This document shows positions 52,179 to 64,000 of a stretch of 64,000 nt of DNA, in pieces. Source of the stretch: Octopus vulgaris (Eukaryota). The stretch is taken from assembly GCA_951406725.2 (NCBI GenBank), contig OX597817.1, forward strand, positions 150,660,001 through 150,724,000, written 5' to 3'. The translations under genes were made by a program, and so were the position numbers. The notes under the pieces were generated by a model. The model saw only the letters and a program-made list of their open reading frames with translations, was not told where the DNA came from and did not search any database. The first letter of the stretch is position 1. The number at the start of each line of letters is the position of its first letter.

Positions 52179-54539
52179 ATCGAGATGATATATAAATAAA
52201 TCGAGAGAGAGAGATTGGCTTTTAACCCTGTAATATTTATCCCAAATGACATTCTTTATATAATTTTACTTATACATAATGTATTTTTTAATCTTTAAGA
52301 ATAATTTTCAATTTTTAAAATTTTGCCAAATGTTACAATTAACTAATTTTTCAAAGTCTTATTTCCAGTAGGGTTAGGGTTATTCACACACACACGAATG
52401 TCTATGTGGTTTTAAGAAGTTTATTTTGCAACAGCAAGGTTCAGTCCTTAATCTCGCTGCATGGTACGTACCTTTGGTATGTGTCTTCTACCATAACCTG
52501 GAGTTGACTAATATGAGTGGAATTTGATTTGACAGAAACCAGGCAGAAGACAGGCATATATAAATATGTATTTGTCTGTGTCCATGTTTATGTTTGCACT
52601 ACTCTAAAAAAAATACTGTTCATGCTTTATCATTTTAAATACTGTTTGGCAAATAGAATAACAACCATACTGAAATAAGTACTAAAGTTTATATTAGTCT
52701 AAGCCTTTGAAAGTTTAAATATGGTTGGCTAAAACCTATAAAAGAGTAAAATGATACTCACATATACTAAAATATTGGTTTCAAATTTTGACACAAGGCC
52801 AGCAATTACATTGATCCCCCTCCCCCCAGTAACCAACTGGTACTTATTTTATTGACTGTGTTGGCAGAATTTGTACTCAGAATGTAAAGATAAATGAAAT
52901 GTCACTAAGCATTTTGCCTGGCATGCTAATGATTCTGCCAGCTTACCGCCATCATAACAGAAATATTGACATGATATAGTCTGTAATAAATTCTATTTAA
53001 AAATTGTTATTTATCATGCAACATATAATATTTCTGAATTATTTCATTTTCAAACAAAACCTCTTTCTCTACACTGACAATTGTATCTTCAGGTTTCAAT
53101 TATTGATTTTTTTCAATCACTAGTATTATCCTTTGTGTTATTGATTGAGGTACATTTCTAACAATTCATTATTTGTTGAGAAAAAAAATTGTTCTTCCAT
53201 AATCAAACCTGAAATTCTCTAATATTGAACTTGATATATATTTTCTTAATACTATTTTGGACTATTCTCATAATGACTAGAGGCTGTGTTATTTGTTATG
53301 TAAATATGTCAGAATACTATCAGTGTTAATAAAATAACACTATACCATTCATATAATGTTTTAATTATTATTCACCACTACTTATACACTTAACTGCATT
53401 TTACCTGTTGCTATGCAGGTGTTCTGTTCTATTTAAACTATATGCATATCTTGAAATTGAAGAAATTTCTACATGGTGAAGACTACTTTTGCCAAAGCAT
53501 TCAATAAATTTTCAATTATTGGTTATTGCTGTTATGTTACTAATCTTAAGAACAGCTCATGACAGTAAATGATTATTTATGCCACTTCAAACCGAGCCAG
53601 AGAAATATTAACTAGAGTTGAGATTTATAAGATTATCTGAAATAGAATTTAAATCAAAATTCTACCTTATATTTTAAATTTGAGAAAAATATTTAAAAAT
53701 ATACTTTATAATATCCTGTTTTCATCTGACTCCTGAATGGACTTTCTCCTCTCAAAATTGAAGACTATTTTAAGTCTGATACACCATCATCATACATCTG
53801 TTTTCCATGCTGGCATGGGTTGGACAGTTTGACAGGAGCTGGCCACCTGAAGAGCTACCCAGGCTCCATTTCTATTTTGGCATGGTTTCTACAGTTGGAT
53901 GCCCTTTCCAATGCTGTTACATAGCACCAGCATGGGTAAATTTACATGGCATCGGCACCCACAAGCCTGCAAGACTAGGAACACTCAGCTGGAGAAGGAT
54001 GCATGAGACATCCCTGTATACAAGGACAACTACACTTTTACTTAGCTTGATCTGTCTTCTTAAGCACAGCAAACTGCTGGGAGTGTCAGTCCATTTTCAT
54101 TCCTGCTGTGAGGCCCAATGCCTGAAGATCCCTGAAGGAAAATGAAGTAAATGCTATATATATATATTTCATAGTTTAAGACATTTTGGTTTAATTACTG
54201 CTGTATTTAACTTGTTAAATTCTGTTTTTCTCTTTAATTTAAAATTAGAATTTTATATTAATTGAAATATCTGAGATGAGTTGTTATGAGGATTATAATT
54301 ACTTGGATTAGAATTCAGTGTCTTTTCCTGGATGTCTGCTATGTATATGTTAAAAAATAAGGCACTTATACATGTAAATATTGACTTTAAAGTTAAAAGT
54401 TAATAGTCTAAAATATTCTATAGGCAAATTCTTTATAAAATATACATTACTTCAATGTATTAAATCTTTCATTTTATTTCTTTTAAATAAATTCTAATCA
54501 TGAAAATATAACTTCAATATGAGGAAACAAGAAAAAAAA

Positions 54540-54773
54540 CCCCTTGCCATAGGCTCTGTTGCTCCAGTTTCCTAGATTGTGCGGCGTATATATTAGCTCA
54601 CTGGATGGAATGCTGGTCTGTCACAGGATTACTCATTTTTGCCAGTAGAGTAGACTGGAGCAACATGAAATGAAGTGTTTTGCTTGAGAACTCAATGCAT
54701 TGCCTGATCCAGGAATTGAAACCACAATCTTACCATTATGAGTGCAATGCCCTAGCCACTAAGCCATGTGCCT
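54540..54773 (-). mobile_element. SINE family B variant
   Basis: Reverse complement of the family B head and core. Confidence 0.7.
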
Positions 54774-56236
54774 CTGACTTTAATATTAGGAAGCAGGTTT
54801 AATTCTGAAAATCTTTTTCCATGTTGGCAAAAGGGACATTAAATGATGATGATTTCATTGAAAGTTGATGTCTCATAGTTGCTATTTATATCATCAGTAA
54901 AATAATTTTTAAAAACCAATGTAAAAATACATTTTTAAAAAATGCAGATAATAAGATGCAACAATGCACATAATAATGCTGTATCATTCTGAGAGTTACT
55001 CATTTTCTGCTGACATCATCATCATCATCATCGTTTAGCGTCCGTTTTCCATGCTAGCATGGGTTGGACGGTTCAACTGGGGTCTGTGAAGCCAGAAGGC
55101 TTCATCAGGCCCAGTCAGATCTGGCAGTGTTTCTACGGCTGGATGCCCTTCCTAACGCCAAATTTGTATAGTATTGTGTGTGTGTATTGAAGAACTGAAG
55201 AATATTTGAGAGACACTTTTTTTTGTGTGTGTAGCTGTCTCCACTCTCTATAAGTGGCTGATTATGCTATTATCACGTGCAGTATGTGCCAGGGTTACTT
55301 ACCGGGTTTAATTACTGATTGTCAAGGCAGGTCTATCTTTTTGGGAGCAGCATATGACTGATAAATTGTCTGTCGGGACAAAGGACAGGTAAAATGATAT
55401 GAAAATACTGGAACAGCAGTTTTAATTGTCCTAATACATGTTTCCTCATGACTAACTTAATGAGTGATTGAAATTTCTCTCTGACGTAGCATTAACTTTA
55501 GAACCAATGAGGATTCTTTATTTATCTCCTTTCCAGTACTTGATTCTGATTATCTGCAACTCAGTCATGCTCATGTCCTTATTTTTATTTTCCATCCTAG
55601 TATTTCTCAACTTATACATACTTATATATTTTAAGTGCAGGCATGGCTTTATGGTTAAGAAGCTTGCTTTGCAATCAAATGATTTTTGGTTCAGTCCCAC
55701 TCTGCAGCATTTGGATTAGTGTCTTCTGCTATAACTCTGGGCCAACCAATGCCTTGTGAATGAATCTGTCTGGAAGCCTGTCATATATATGTTTTCCTGA
55801 TAGTGTATTTCCAATGCTGCACTCAGCCCAAGCCCTGGGCTATCAACACTGATGGAATCCAAACTCTAACTGAAATTCTTCAGGTGTAGAAAATCTTGTT
55901 TTCACAACAGTAAAACTATCATGTGGGTTTAGTGAAGAGTAAAATATAATCTGAATAAGAAGACAAAGGAAAAACTTTAATGATCAATTACATTTGTTTC
56001 TGTACCATTTCTGCTTTCATTTCCAGTTCATGCTAAAGTTCAGAGTGAAAATTTATGTAGTATTTGCAGTTTTAGACATTAAGTAGCACTTCTTCAGACT
56101 TTGCAAAGACTGGCAGATCTGTAGAAGTATCACTCTAATATCTATAACTAGTAAATTTTATGTAAATTTTCACTTTGGTCTTTTGTCTGAACTGGTGATG
56201 AAAGCAGAGTAGAACAGGAACAATTGTAACTGACCC

Positions 56237-56420
56237 TTAACCCCTTAGCATTTAATCTGGCCATATCTGACCCAAATATTCTACCCTACAATGTCATTCT
56301 ATAACTAAACAATTATGTCATGGAAAACTCAAGGCTTTGAGATAATATCTGATTAATTCAAAACAATGTGAATAAATAAGCATTACATTTGATAGAAAAA
56401 TCCGAATGCTAAAGGGTTAA
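56237..56420. mobile_element. piggyBac-like MITE
   Basis: ttaaccccttagcatt...aatgctaaagggttaa. Confidence 0.75.
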
Positions 56421-57084
56421 AGATGTGTTGAAGTTTTTTGTCTTATTTAGATTGTGTGTGTGTGTGTTTGTTCCCTACACACTGCTTAACAAAGAGTATT
56501 GGTTTATTTATGTCCCTGTAAGTTAAAGGTTCAACAAAAGAGACCAATAAAATAATTGCCAGATTTAGAGTGAAATAAGTTAAGTGTCAAAACACTTTCC
56601 TGAAGGGGTTTCTTTGAAGACCTTCTGCTGTTCAGCTCTCTTGAGAGTTTCTTACCACTAAGTACTAGATTCAATTTGTTTGACTAAGCCTTTCAAAGCA
56701 GTGCCTCACCACGGTCACAGTCCATTGACTGAAACAAATTAAAAATAAAAGGTAAAAAAAAAAAGATAAACTTTAAATGTTGGTTAATTACCTACAAATT
56801 GGAAATTAATTTTATTTTTATTTTGAGAATCTAACTCTGTAAAAATTTGGCACCTTGGGCAAGTGTCTTCTACTATAGCCTCAGGCCAACCAAAGCCTTA
56901 TGAGTGGTTTTGGTAGACGGAAACTGAAAGAAGCCCATGGTGTGTGTGTGTGTATCTGTATTTGTCTCCCCGTCATTGCTTGACAACTGGTGTCGGTGTG
57001 TTTACATTCTTGTAAGTTAAAGGTTTGGAAAAGAGACCAATAGAATAAGTACTAGGCTTAAAAAATAAGTTGTAAGGTCAATTT

Positions 57085-57498
57085 AAAAATAAAAAAATAA
57101 TGAAATTATTGTATACAGTGCTCAGGTGTACCACAACTTGTCAAAAGTGCATATAAAGTATATGCAGTAATGTACAAATGTTCGGAAAATGAACAGTGTA
57201 TGAGTCAGATACATGCTTGCATGTGTATGGAGGGGAGAAAATCAGGTGTAGTGTTGGTGAATCTCGGGAAGCATGGAAGTTTTGAAGGATGCAGTGCTCC
57301 GACAACTAACAACTGATGCCGGTAGTTTGTTCCATGCTTCAGCAAATCTTAGCATGAAAAAATGTTTCCAAAAGTCATGGGAGCTGTGCTGTTTTCTGAC
57401 TTTGTAAACATGTCCATGGGTGTTAGACAGGTGGAGTTTGAAAAGGTGCTCAGAGTTATTGTTTGTAAGATGGTTAATAATTTTATGGGTGCCTGCCA
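57085..57498 (-). mobile_element. CR1-type LINE 3' end inserted in a family A SINE (56849-57585)
   Basis: NTHGHVYKVRK...HFF...WNKLPASVV...FK is a typical CR1 ORF2 C-terminus. The SINE continues on both sides. Confidence 0.8.
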
Positions 57499-58062
57499 TT
57501 TGTTTAACTAAAATCATTCAAGGAAGTGCTCCAGCATGGCTGCAGTAAAATGACTGAAATAAATTTTTAAAAAATAAAATAAAAGAACACTATTAAGATA
57601 TAAGGAATTAATAAATTATCCTTTTGTTTGATGCTTTGAAAAGATGCTTTTACACAATAATTGGTTTATTGGGCATCACTTCTGTTTTGAACTTATGTTG
57701 ACAGTTAAGATTCTATTTCTTTCACATTTGCAGTTAATTATATATGTAAGACACATTGAATTGGTAACTTAAGTATAAAGTCTTCAATTTAAGTTTTACG
57801 TCAACCATAAATAGACTTAACTCAGTGCAAGCATAGTTATGTGGTTAAATAGTTTGCTTTATAGCCAAGTGATTCTGGTTGAGTCCCTTTGTGTGACACT
57901 TTGGGCAAATATCTTGTTATAGCCTCAACTTAATCACCTTGTGTGTGTGTGTGTGTGTGCGCGCATGTGAATTTTTTCCTATTATTATTGGTAAAAGTCC
58001 ACTAAAGAACTGTGTCTTTAAATTCCTGGATACTAGAGTGAAATGGTGGTACAGAAGTAACT

Positions 58063-58297
58063 CTAAGGCGGCGAGATGGCAGAAACGTTAGCACGCCAGG
58101 TGAAATGTGTAGTCGTATTTCGTCTGCCGTTACGTTCTGACTTCAAATTTCGTCGAGATCAACTTTGCCTTTCATCTTTTCGGGGTCGATTAAATAAGTA
58201 CCAGTTACACACTGGGATCGATATAATCGACTTAATCCGTTTGTTTGTCGTCGTTTGTCCTCTCTGTGTGTAGCCCCTTGTGGGCAGTAAAGAAATA
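58063..58297 (+). mobile_element. SINE family D
   Basis: 15 bp TSD ggtacagaagtaact (58048-58062, 58298-58312); homologous to 5866-6088. Confidence 0.85.
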
Positions 58298-58912
58298 GGT
58301 ACAGAAGTAACTACAAGCAGTAAAGCTGTCTGTGTGTGTGTAAATAAAAGGGTTTTCTTCTTAATTTGTCAGATTGAAAACAGTGTCTTGTATTTTAAAA
58401 ATATTTCAGATTTTCAGTCCATTACAATTTGTTTGAAATAATAGTTTCTACGTTCATCACTATTTTAAAACCTTTTAACTATAGGATGAAATGACTGTTG
58501 GTAGCTTACGTTGCTACAATTTTATAGTAGACAGGAGATATATGATTAATGATTTGTTTGTATGGCAAGGCAATCTTAACTGCTGGTGCCATGAAAAAAT
58601 GCATCAAGTACACTGTGTAAAGAGGTTCATGTTAAGAAGAGCAATCGACCTTAGAAACCATGCCGAAATTGAGACATTGGAACAATATGTGGTCTTCCAA
58701 CTTGTTAGCCTTTGTTGAACCCTCCAACTGACATGAGTTGGACATGGAAAATGAACTAAAAATGGTGACAGTAATGTTTTCCACTGACTGATAAAAACAG
58801 CAACCAACACACATGGCCTGGATGTTTTCCAGGCTCTAAACTGGAAAATGAATTATGCTAAGATAATCACAAAAATCGATGAAAAATAACTATTCCTACA
58901 GGAACTGTAATA

Positions 58913-59117
58913 CTCTTTTACTTGTTTCATTCATTTGACTGTGGCCATGCATGGAGAACCACCTTTAGTCGAGGAAATCGACCCCAGGACTTATTCTTTG
59001 TAAGCCTAGTACTTATTCTATCGGTCTCTTTTGCTGAACCGCTAAGTTATGGGGATGTAAACACACCACCATCAGTTGTCAAGCGATGTTGGGGGGACAA
59101 ACACAAACACACATATA

Positions 59118-59160
<43 letters not shown>

Positions 59161-59310
59161 CAGGCTTCTTTCAGTTTCCGTTTACCAAATCCACTCACAA
59201 GGCTTTGGTCAGCCCAAGGCTATAGTAGAAGCCACTTGCCCAAGGTACCATGCAATGGAACTGAACCCAGAACCATGTGGTTGGTAAGCAAGCTACTTAC
59301 CACACAACCA
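58913..59310 (-). mobile_element. SINE family A, near full length
   Basis: Matches 36656-37052; internal (TA)n. Confidence 0.85.
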
Positions 59311-59596
59311 CACAAATACTATGCAACTGAATTGTAAATGGGTTGTAGTTATGCCCATAAATAATTTTTTTCCTCTGAAGTAATTTCTTCTAAATGCACG
59401 TTTGAAAGCATGATGTATTTAAAAGTCAGGCTTGGCCAGGTAACATACTATTCAAGACTGTTTAGCCAGTTTAGTAACAAAAAGATTAAGAGTATAAATT
59501 TGAGGTGTGAATAATTCATTTGTAAATAAAATTAAATTTCTGCATATGTTAATTTAATTTATTTTACATATCATGTCTCTGCTTTATTAATTTCAG

Positions 59597-59676
59597 ACAT
59601 AAAGAAGCTTCGTCCTCCAAATCGGAAGTGTATAGATGAACACTTATCTCAAGTAAAAGAGAAAAGCAAGCTTCAT
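59597..59676 (+). CDS. Internal coding exon (phase 1 to 0): (D)IKKLRPPNRKCIDEHLSQVKEKSKLH
   Basis: ttaatttcAG acceptor, GTAAGT donor, open frame, in phase with the neighbouring exons. Confidence 0.75.
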
Positions 59677-60182
59677 GTAAGTACCAGATTTTTACAAATC
59701 TCTCTTTCTCCCTATATATATATATATATATATATTTAATTATTTAGATTTAAATATTTGATATAATATAAACAATATAAATAGTTTGATTAATCTAAAA
59801 ATACCAACTTTTCCTTTCGAGAATTATTCACTCTCAACAGTTTTACACTTTTAATGCAAATAATGATACTAAATATCTAATGTTGCGATCCTGTATAGAT
59901 TCATTGTAGATTTCAGTATAGATTCATACTAAAATTATAAAAACAAGTCATTTGCTTCTATTGTTTAGCCCTAGGTCAGACCTGACTGCAAAGATTTATG
60001 ATGAAAATTGTTTGAGCCATGACCATTCGTCAGGCATAGTATATCTAGTATGCTATCATCCAATATATCTTATATATATATATATATATATATATTATCA
60101 TCATCGTTTAACATCCGTTTTCCATGCTAGCATGGGTTGGACAGTTCGACCGGGGCCTGGGAAGCCAGGAGGCTGCACCAAG

Positions 60183-60271
<89 letters not shown>

Positions 60272-60488
60272 CAGAGGGATAGAAAGTTGGGGTTTAATAT
60301 GATGTGTATTTTTTGGGCTATCTATTCAAATGACCATCTATAAACTTCCTTATTGTCTTGATTTAGTTATATTGTAGATGGAAGTGTAAAATAAAAACAA
60401 GACAGTATTTAGTTAAATTTAATTTTGTTTGAGGGAAATAAATTTTATTTAAAATCCTGTAAGTGCACATGACTTTATTGTATAGGAA

Positions 60489-60843
60489 TCTCTCTTTATA
60501 TAAACGGCAATTTATCTGTCTGCGTGTCTGTGTGTCTGTTAGGTTGTACCCTCACCCTGACCACGGCTTTCAACCGATTCTGATGAAACTTGACACACAC
60601 ATAGCCCAATGTCATAATTCAAAACTAACGCAGCGAAAATTTTGAAAAGTTCCCCCAGTTCTGAAAAAAATCGATAAATTCGACATGGGGTCGAGAATCA
60701 AAAACACAAACCACAGACTGTCTAGGGGACGCAACTCGACCTTTTTAACTCTCTTTACCATCATTTTTTCGGCTATAACTCTCTAAAAATGCTTTATAGT
60801 TATTTCCCTTACAAACTCGAGCAACGCCGGGCGATACTGCTAG
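60489..60843 (+). mobile_element. Short non-autonomous Helitron
   Basis: A|TCTCTCTTTATA ... ctcgagcaacgccggg ... CTAG|T. Confidence 0.85.
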
Positions 60844-62129
60844 TAACTGATATATGGTTTCTTAATACTCTCACAGTTAGCCATTAGCTTTGTATTTGAT
60901 TCATGTTATCTCCAGTAATTAATGGTTTCTAATATTAACAGAATCCACAGATTGGTTGATAAGTAGGGGTGTAGTCGGTATAATCGACAAAATTACTGTT
61001 AGTACTTATTTTATGAACTGGAAAATGAAATGGTAGGCAGGTGGGATTTTAAGTTCGAAGCGTAAAGGGACGTAACTAAAAGGATTTTGGTCTGTCTATG
61101 GAATGTCCCCTATCACTCTTAATGTGTCTGTTGAGATGAGGAAAATTAATAAAATTTAGAACATTTTTGTTCTCTCTCTCAATTACTCGAATCGGTTTAC
61201 AAAATTACGACTTCTGCACAAAACTGTGCAAGGGAAGTAACTACTTCAGATAAGTTTACTACAGCAAGTGAAGCAGGAATTAATGTTCTTCAATTGTGAA
61301 ATGTTAACAGAATGTAGAAATTTTATCAGCTGTGGACATGTCTTAATCTAGAGATAGGATTGAAGGCAATGAATGAATGAATGGATAATAATAATAATAA
61401 TTTAACGTCCGTTTTCCATACTGGCATGGGTTGAACGGTTTGACTGGAGCTGGCCTTGGCATAGCTTCTAATAATAATAATAATAATAATAGATAAAGAA
61501 TGATGAATAAAACAAATTGAATTGGGACCAAAATGAAATAATGATGACAGTAAATAGTTTAGGAAACTGATGTTGCTTGCTCTTGCAACAGATAAATTTT
61601 CTTAAGTAGCAGCTTTTTGTTTTTTAAAACCATAACTGATATCTTTAATCATCTTGTAACACTGTACAATACCTTCTCTGAAAGGAACTCTACTAGCATA
61701 ATGACTGTAATAATTTTACAACAACTTTAATGTCATTAGCTTGACATTTGCATTGTACAGAGTTGATGTATAATCACAAGATATATGATTATTAACCATT
61801 TATGGTCAGCAACAGGCTGTGTCATCAGGGAAGAGTATGGTTTTATGACCAACCTCTTTACCTCTATTAAAAACCTGATCTGAAATGGGGATACAAGACA
61901 AGTTGGTGGATATAATTCACTTCTTTATATGAGACTTTTACCAAAGTTTTGGTCTTTAGAAACTGTTATGTCGCACGTTCGGATGCCTTCTACTCAACAC
62001 TACTCTGCTCTCCGGCTGCTACTCTGTTCTAGTCTGAACTCTGACATCTAGGGTTCTCCCACTATATCTATGTATTGGGCTAGCCTACTTCATCGTCTGG
62101 GGGCGTCCACACAATAGAAACATAAGTAA

Positions 62130-62340
62130 ATCAGTGACTTGTTTATTAAGAGATAAAAGGTTTGTATTGATAATAGGTATTTGCCTTGAACAACAGTAAG
62201 GAGCTGTTTACAACTGGGTTTTTTGTTAGATCCATTTTTACTTATTGTCTTCATAAATGATTTGCCATTCTTAACTGAAATATGTGCAATGTCTTTGATG
62301 ACGATTAAAATTTTCACGACTCGATGACATTAAGAGCACT
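62130..62340 (+). mobile_element. CR1/L2-type reverse transcriptase fragment
   Basis: LDPFLLIVFINDLP and VFDDD correspond to LGPLLFLIFINDLP and LFADD. Confidence 0.6.
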
Positions 62341-62711
62341 ATATTTACAGGCTTTGTCTGTTCCCTAGCTAAGGAATCGACCATACAGAAACTACCTCAT
62401 TATCTCATTTACATTATATTTTCATATAAGACTAAACCTGTGCTAGATATATTACTTGCTCTATTTTCTTTTTGGTTACACTTGGGGCACCAAGACTAGA
62501 ATGCTTTTATTATGGCAATTAATGATTTCTCAAAATTTGCTCAGAGCTACTCCTTAACAGTGCACTGCACTGGTTATTGCATGTCTTTCTGTGTGTACAT
62601 AAATGTACCAGAACATGCTTATAAATAAACAACCTACATTTTTACTAGACATGTTTTTATTGCTACAATTTCTTAGGAGTAAATAATCTTGTATAACTTA
62701 TTTGTTTCTAG

Positions 62712-62846
62712 AAACAATATGTAAATGAAGAAGAAACTGTTCGACAGACATTGAAAGATGTGTACACTGAACGGACTGAATACACTAAACTGCAAAGTCG
62801 GACTATTTCAGATTTAAAATTACTTAAATCAGAAATCATTCAAAAG
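62712..62846 (+). CDS. Internal coding exon (phase 0 to 0): KQYVNEEETVRQTLKDVYTERTEYTKLQSRTISDLKLLKSEIIQK
   Basis: tttgtttctAG acceptor, AAG|GTATGT donor, 45 open codons, charged helical composition. Confidence 0.8.
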
Positions 62847-63116
62847 GTATGTTTATTATTTAATATGAAATATCTATTTGGTTGTATTATAACATTTTTT
62901 CAGATTAATTGTTGGATATTGATATTAACATTGCAGGGTTGGTGTATTGATAGAATCAATAGAGTAATGCAGTATTTGTGTACTTTTATGCTTTGAGTTC
63001 AAATCCTTGGAGTTGATTAAATATGTACCAGTTTAATTCACTGGACCCTTTTCCCTACATCTGAGGCATGGTGACATTGTAAGGCAAAAAAATATTAATA
63101 TTAATTATTAATAGGG

Positions 63117-63475
63117 TACAGACATGGCTGTGTGGTAAGGAAACTTGCTTTGCAACCATGTGGTCTCAGGTTCAGTCCTGTTTGACACTTTGGGAAGGTG
63201 TCTTCTACAATAGTCCTGGGCTGACCATTGTTCGTTGATGGTAACTGTGTGGAGGTTTTTTATATTGTTGTGCGTTCTTGTGTTTGTCACCTACCACCAC
63301 TTGACAGATAGTATTGGTTTGTTTACATCCCCTTGACTTAGTGGTTCAGCAAGAGGGAACAATAGAATGAGTACCAGACTTAAAATAAGCATTGGGACCA
63401 TTTGGTTCACTATACCATTGAAGATGGTGTCCCAACATATCTGAAGTGCAATGGTTGAAGCAGCCAAAATATAAA
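63117..63475 (+). mobile_element. SINE family A (diverged)
   Basis: Head ggctgtgtggtaagg and the family A body. Confidence 0.75.
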
Positions 63476-64000
63476 ATCAATATTCTATTGACATTAAATG
63501 TAAATTAATTTGAAATTATATTCATACTGAAAATATATAGGTTTACTTGAGCAAACTAACAAGGTAATGGCTATGGTAAAATGTTATTGAAATACATTAA
63601 AAAAAAAAATTATAAGTGCCTTGATGAGAGTAAAATTTAATGAATAGTGGAGGGCACTGCATCAAATACCAATTTCATTTTCCTTTTTGCACATTAATAT
63701 TTTCATCCTGGTGTGTGTATGTTCGTGTGTGTGTACACATACACACACACATATTATCATCATCATTTAAGCATCCGTTGTCCAGGAACTGCAGTTATTT
63801 GTGTGAGCCTGGAAAATTGCCATCAGAGACCCCCCCCACAAACAATATCATTACAGTGGCACTAAAGAGTAATGGTTTTACCAGAACCATAGCCCAGTTA
63901 TAGCAGAAGAAACTCTAATTCCACTACTCCTATGCTCTCATTAGACAGCATATCAACACCCTTGATGCCATTTGGAAACTGATTGCGGCAAGGATGTCAA

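Noticed and set aside
53419-53565. Extra plus-strand exon
   Set aside because: Acceptor is plausible, but the donor is weak and no convincing reading frame spans it.

Overview
AT-rich, repeat-dense eukaryotic DNA with no prokaryotic gene content. I recognise the SINE/LINE/MITE mix as typical of octopus genomes (inference from memory, not searched). Most of the window is interspersed repeats: several tRNA-type SINE families, RTE and CR1/L2-type LINE remnants, non-autonomous Helitrons, a DINE-like element, hAT-, Tc2/Tigger-, piggyBac- and Merlin-like DNA elements, and microsatellites including a 1.3 kb TATG/CATG array that produces all the long ORFs. One plus-strand spliced gene is supported by three phase-compatible exons (34683-34722, 59597-59676, 62712-62846) encoding a likely coiled-coil N-terminus; it runs off the right edge. 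A weaker minus-strand spliced candidate lies at about 3.5-6.9 kb. CpG content appears to switch in blocks by eye, consistent with gene-body methylation. The most notable signal is four unrelated short Penelope-like insertions, three of them fold-backs. Each carries a minimal hammerhead-ribozyme-like motif with the same two quirks: one extra nucleotide before stem II and a palindromic stem III. All copies here are partly degenerate and activity is unproven.
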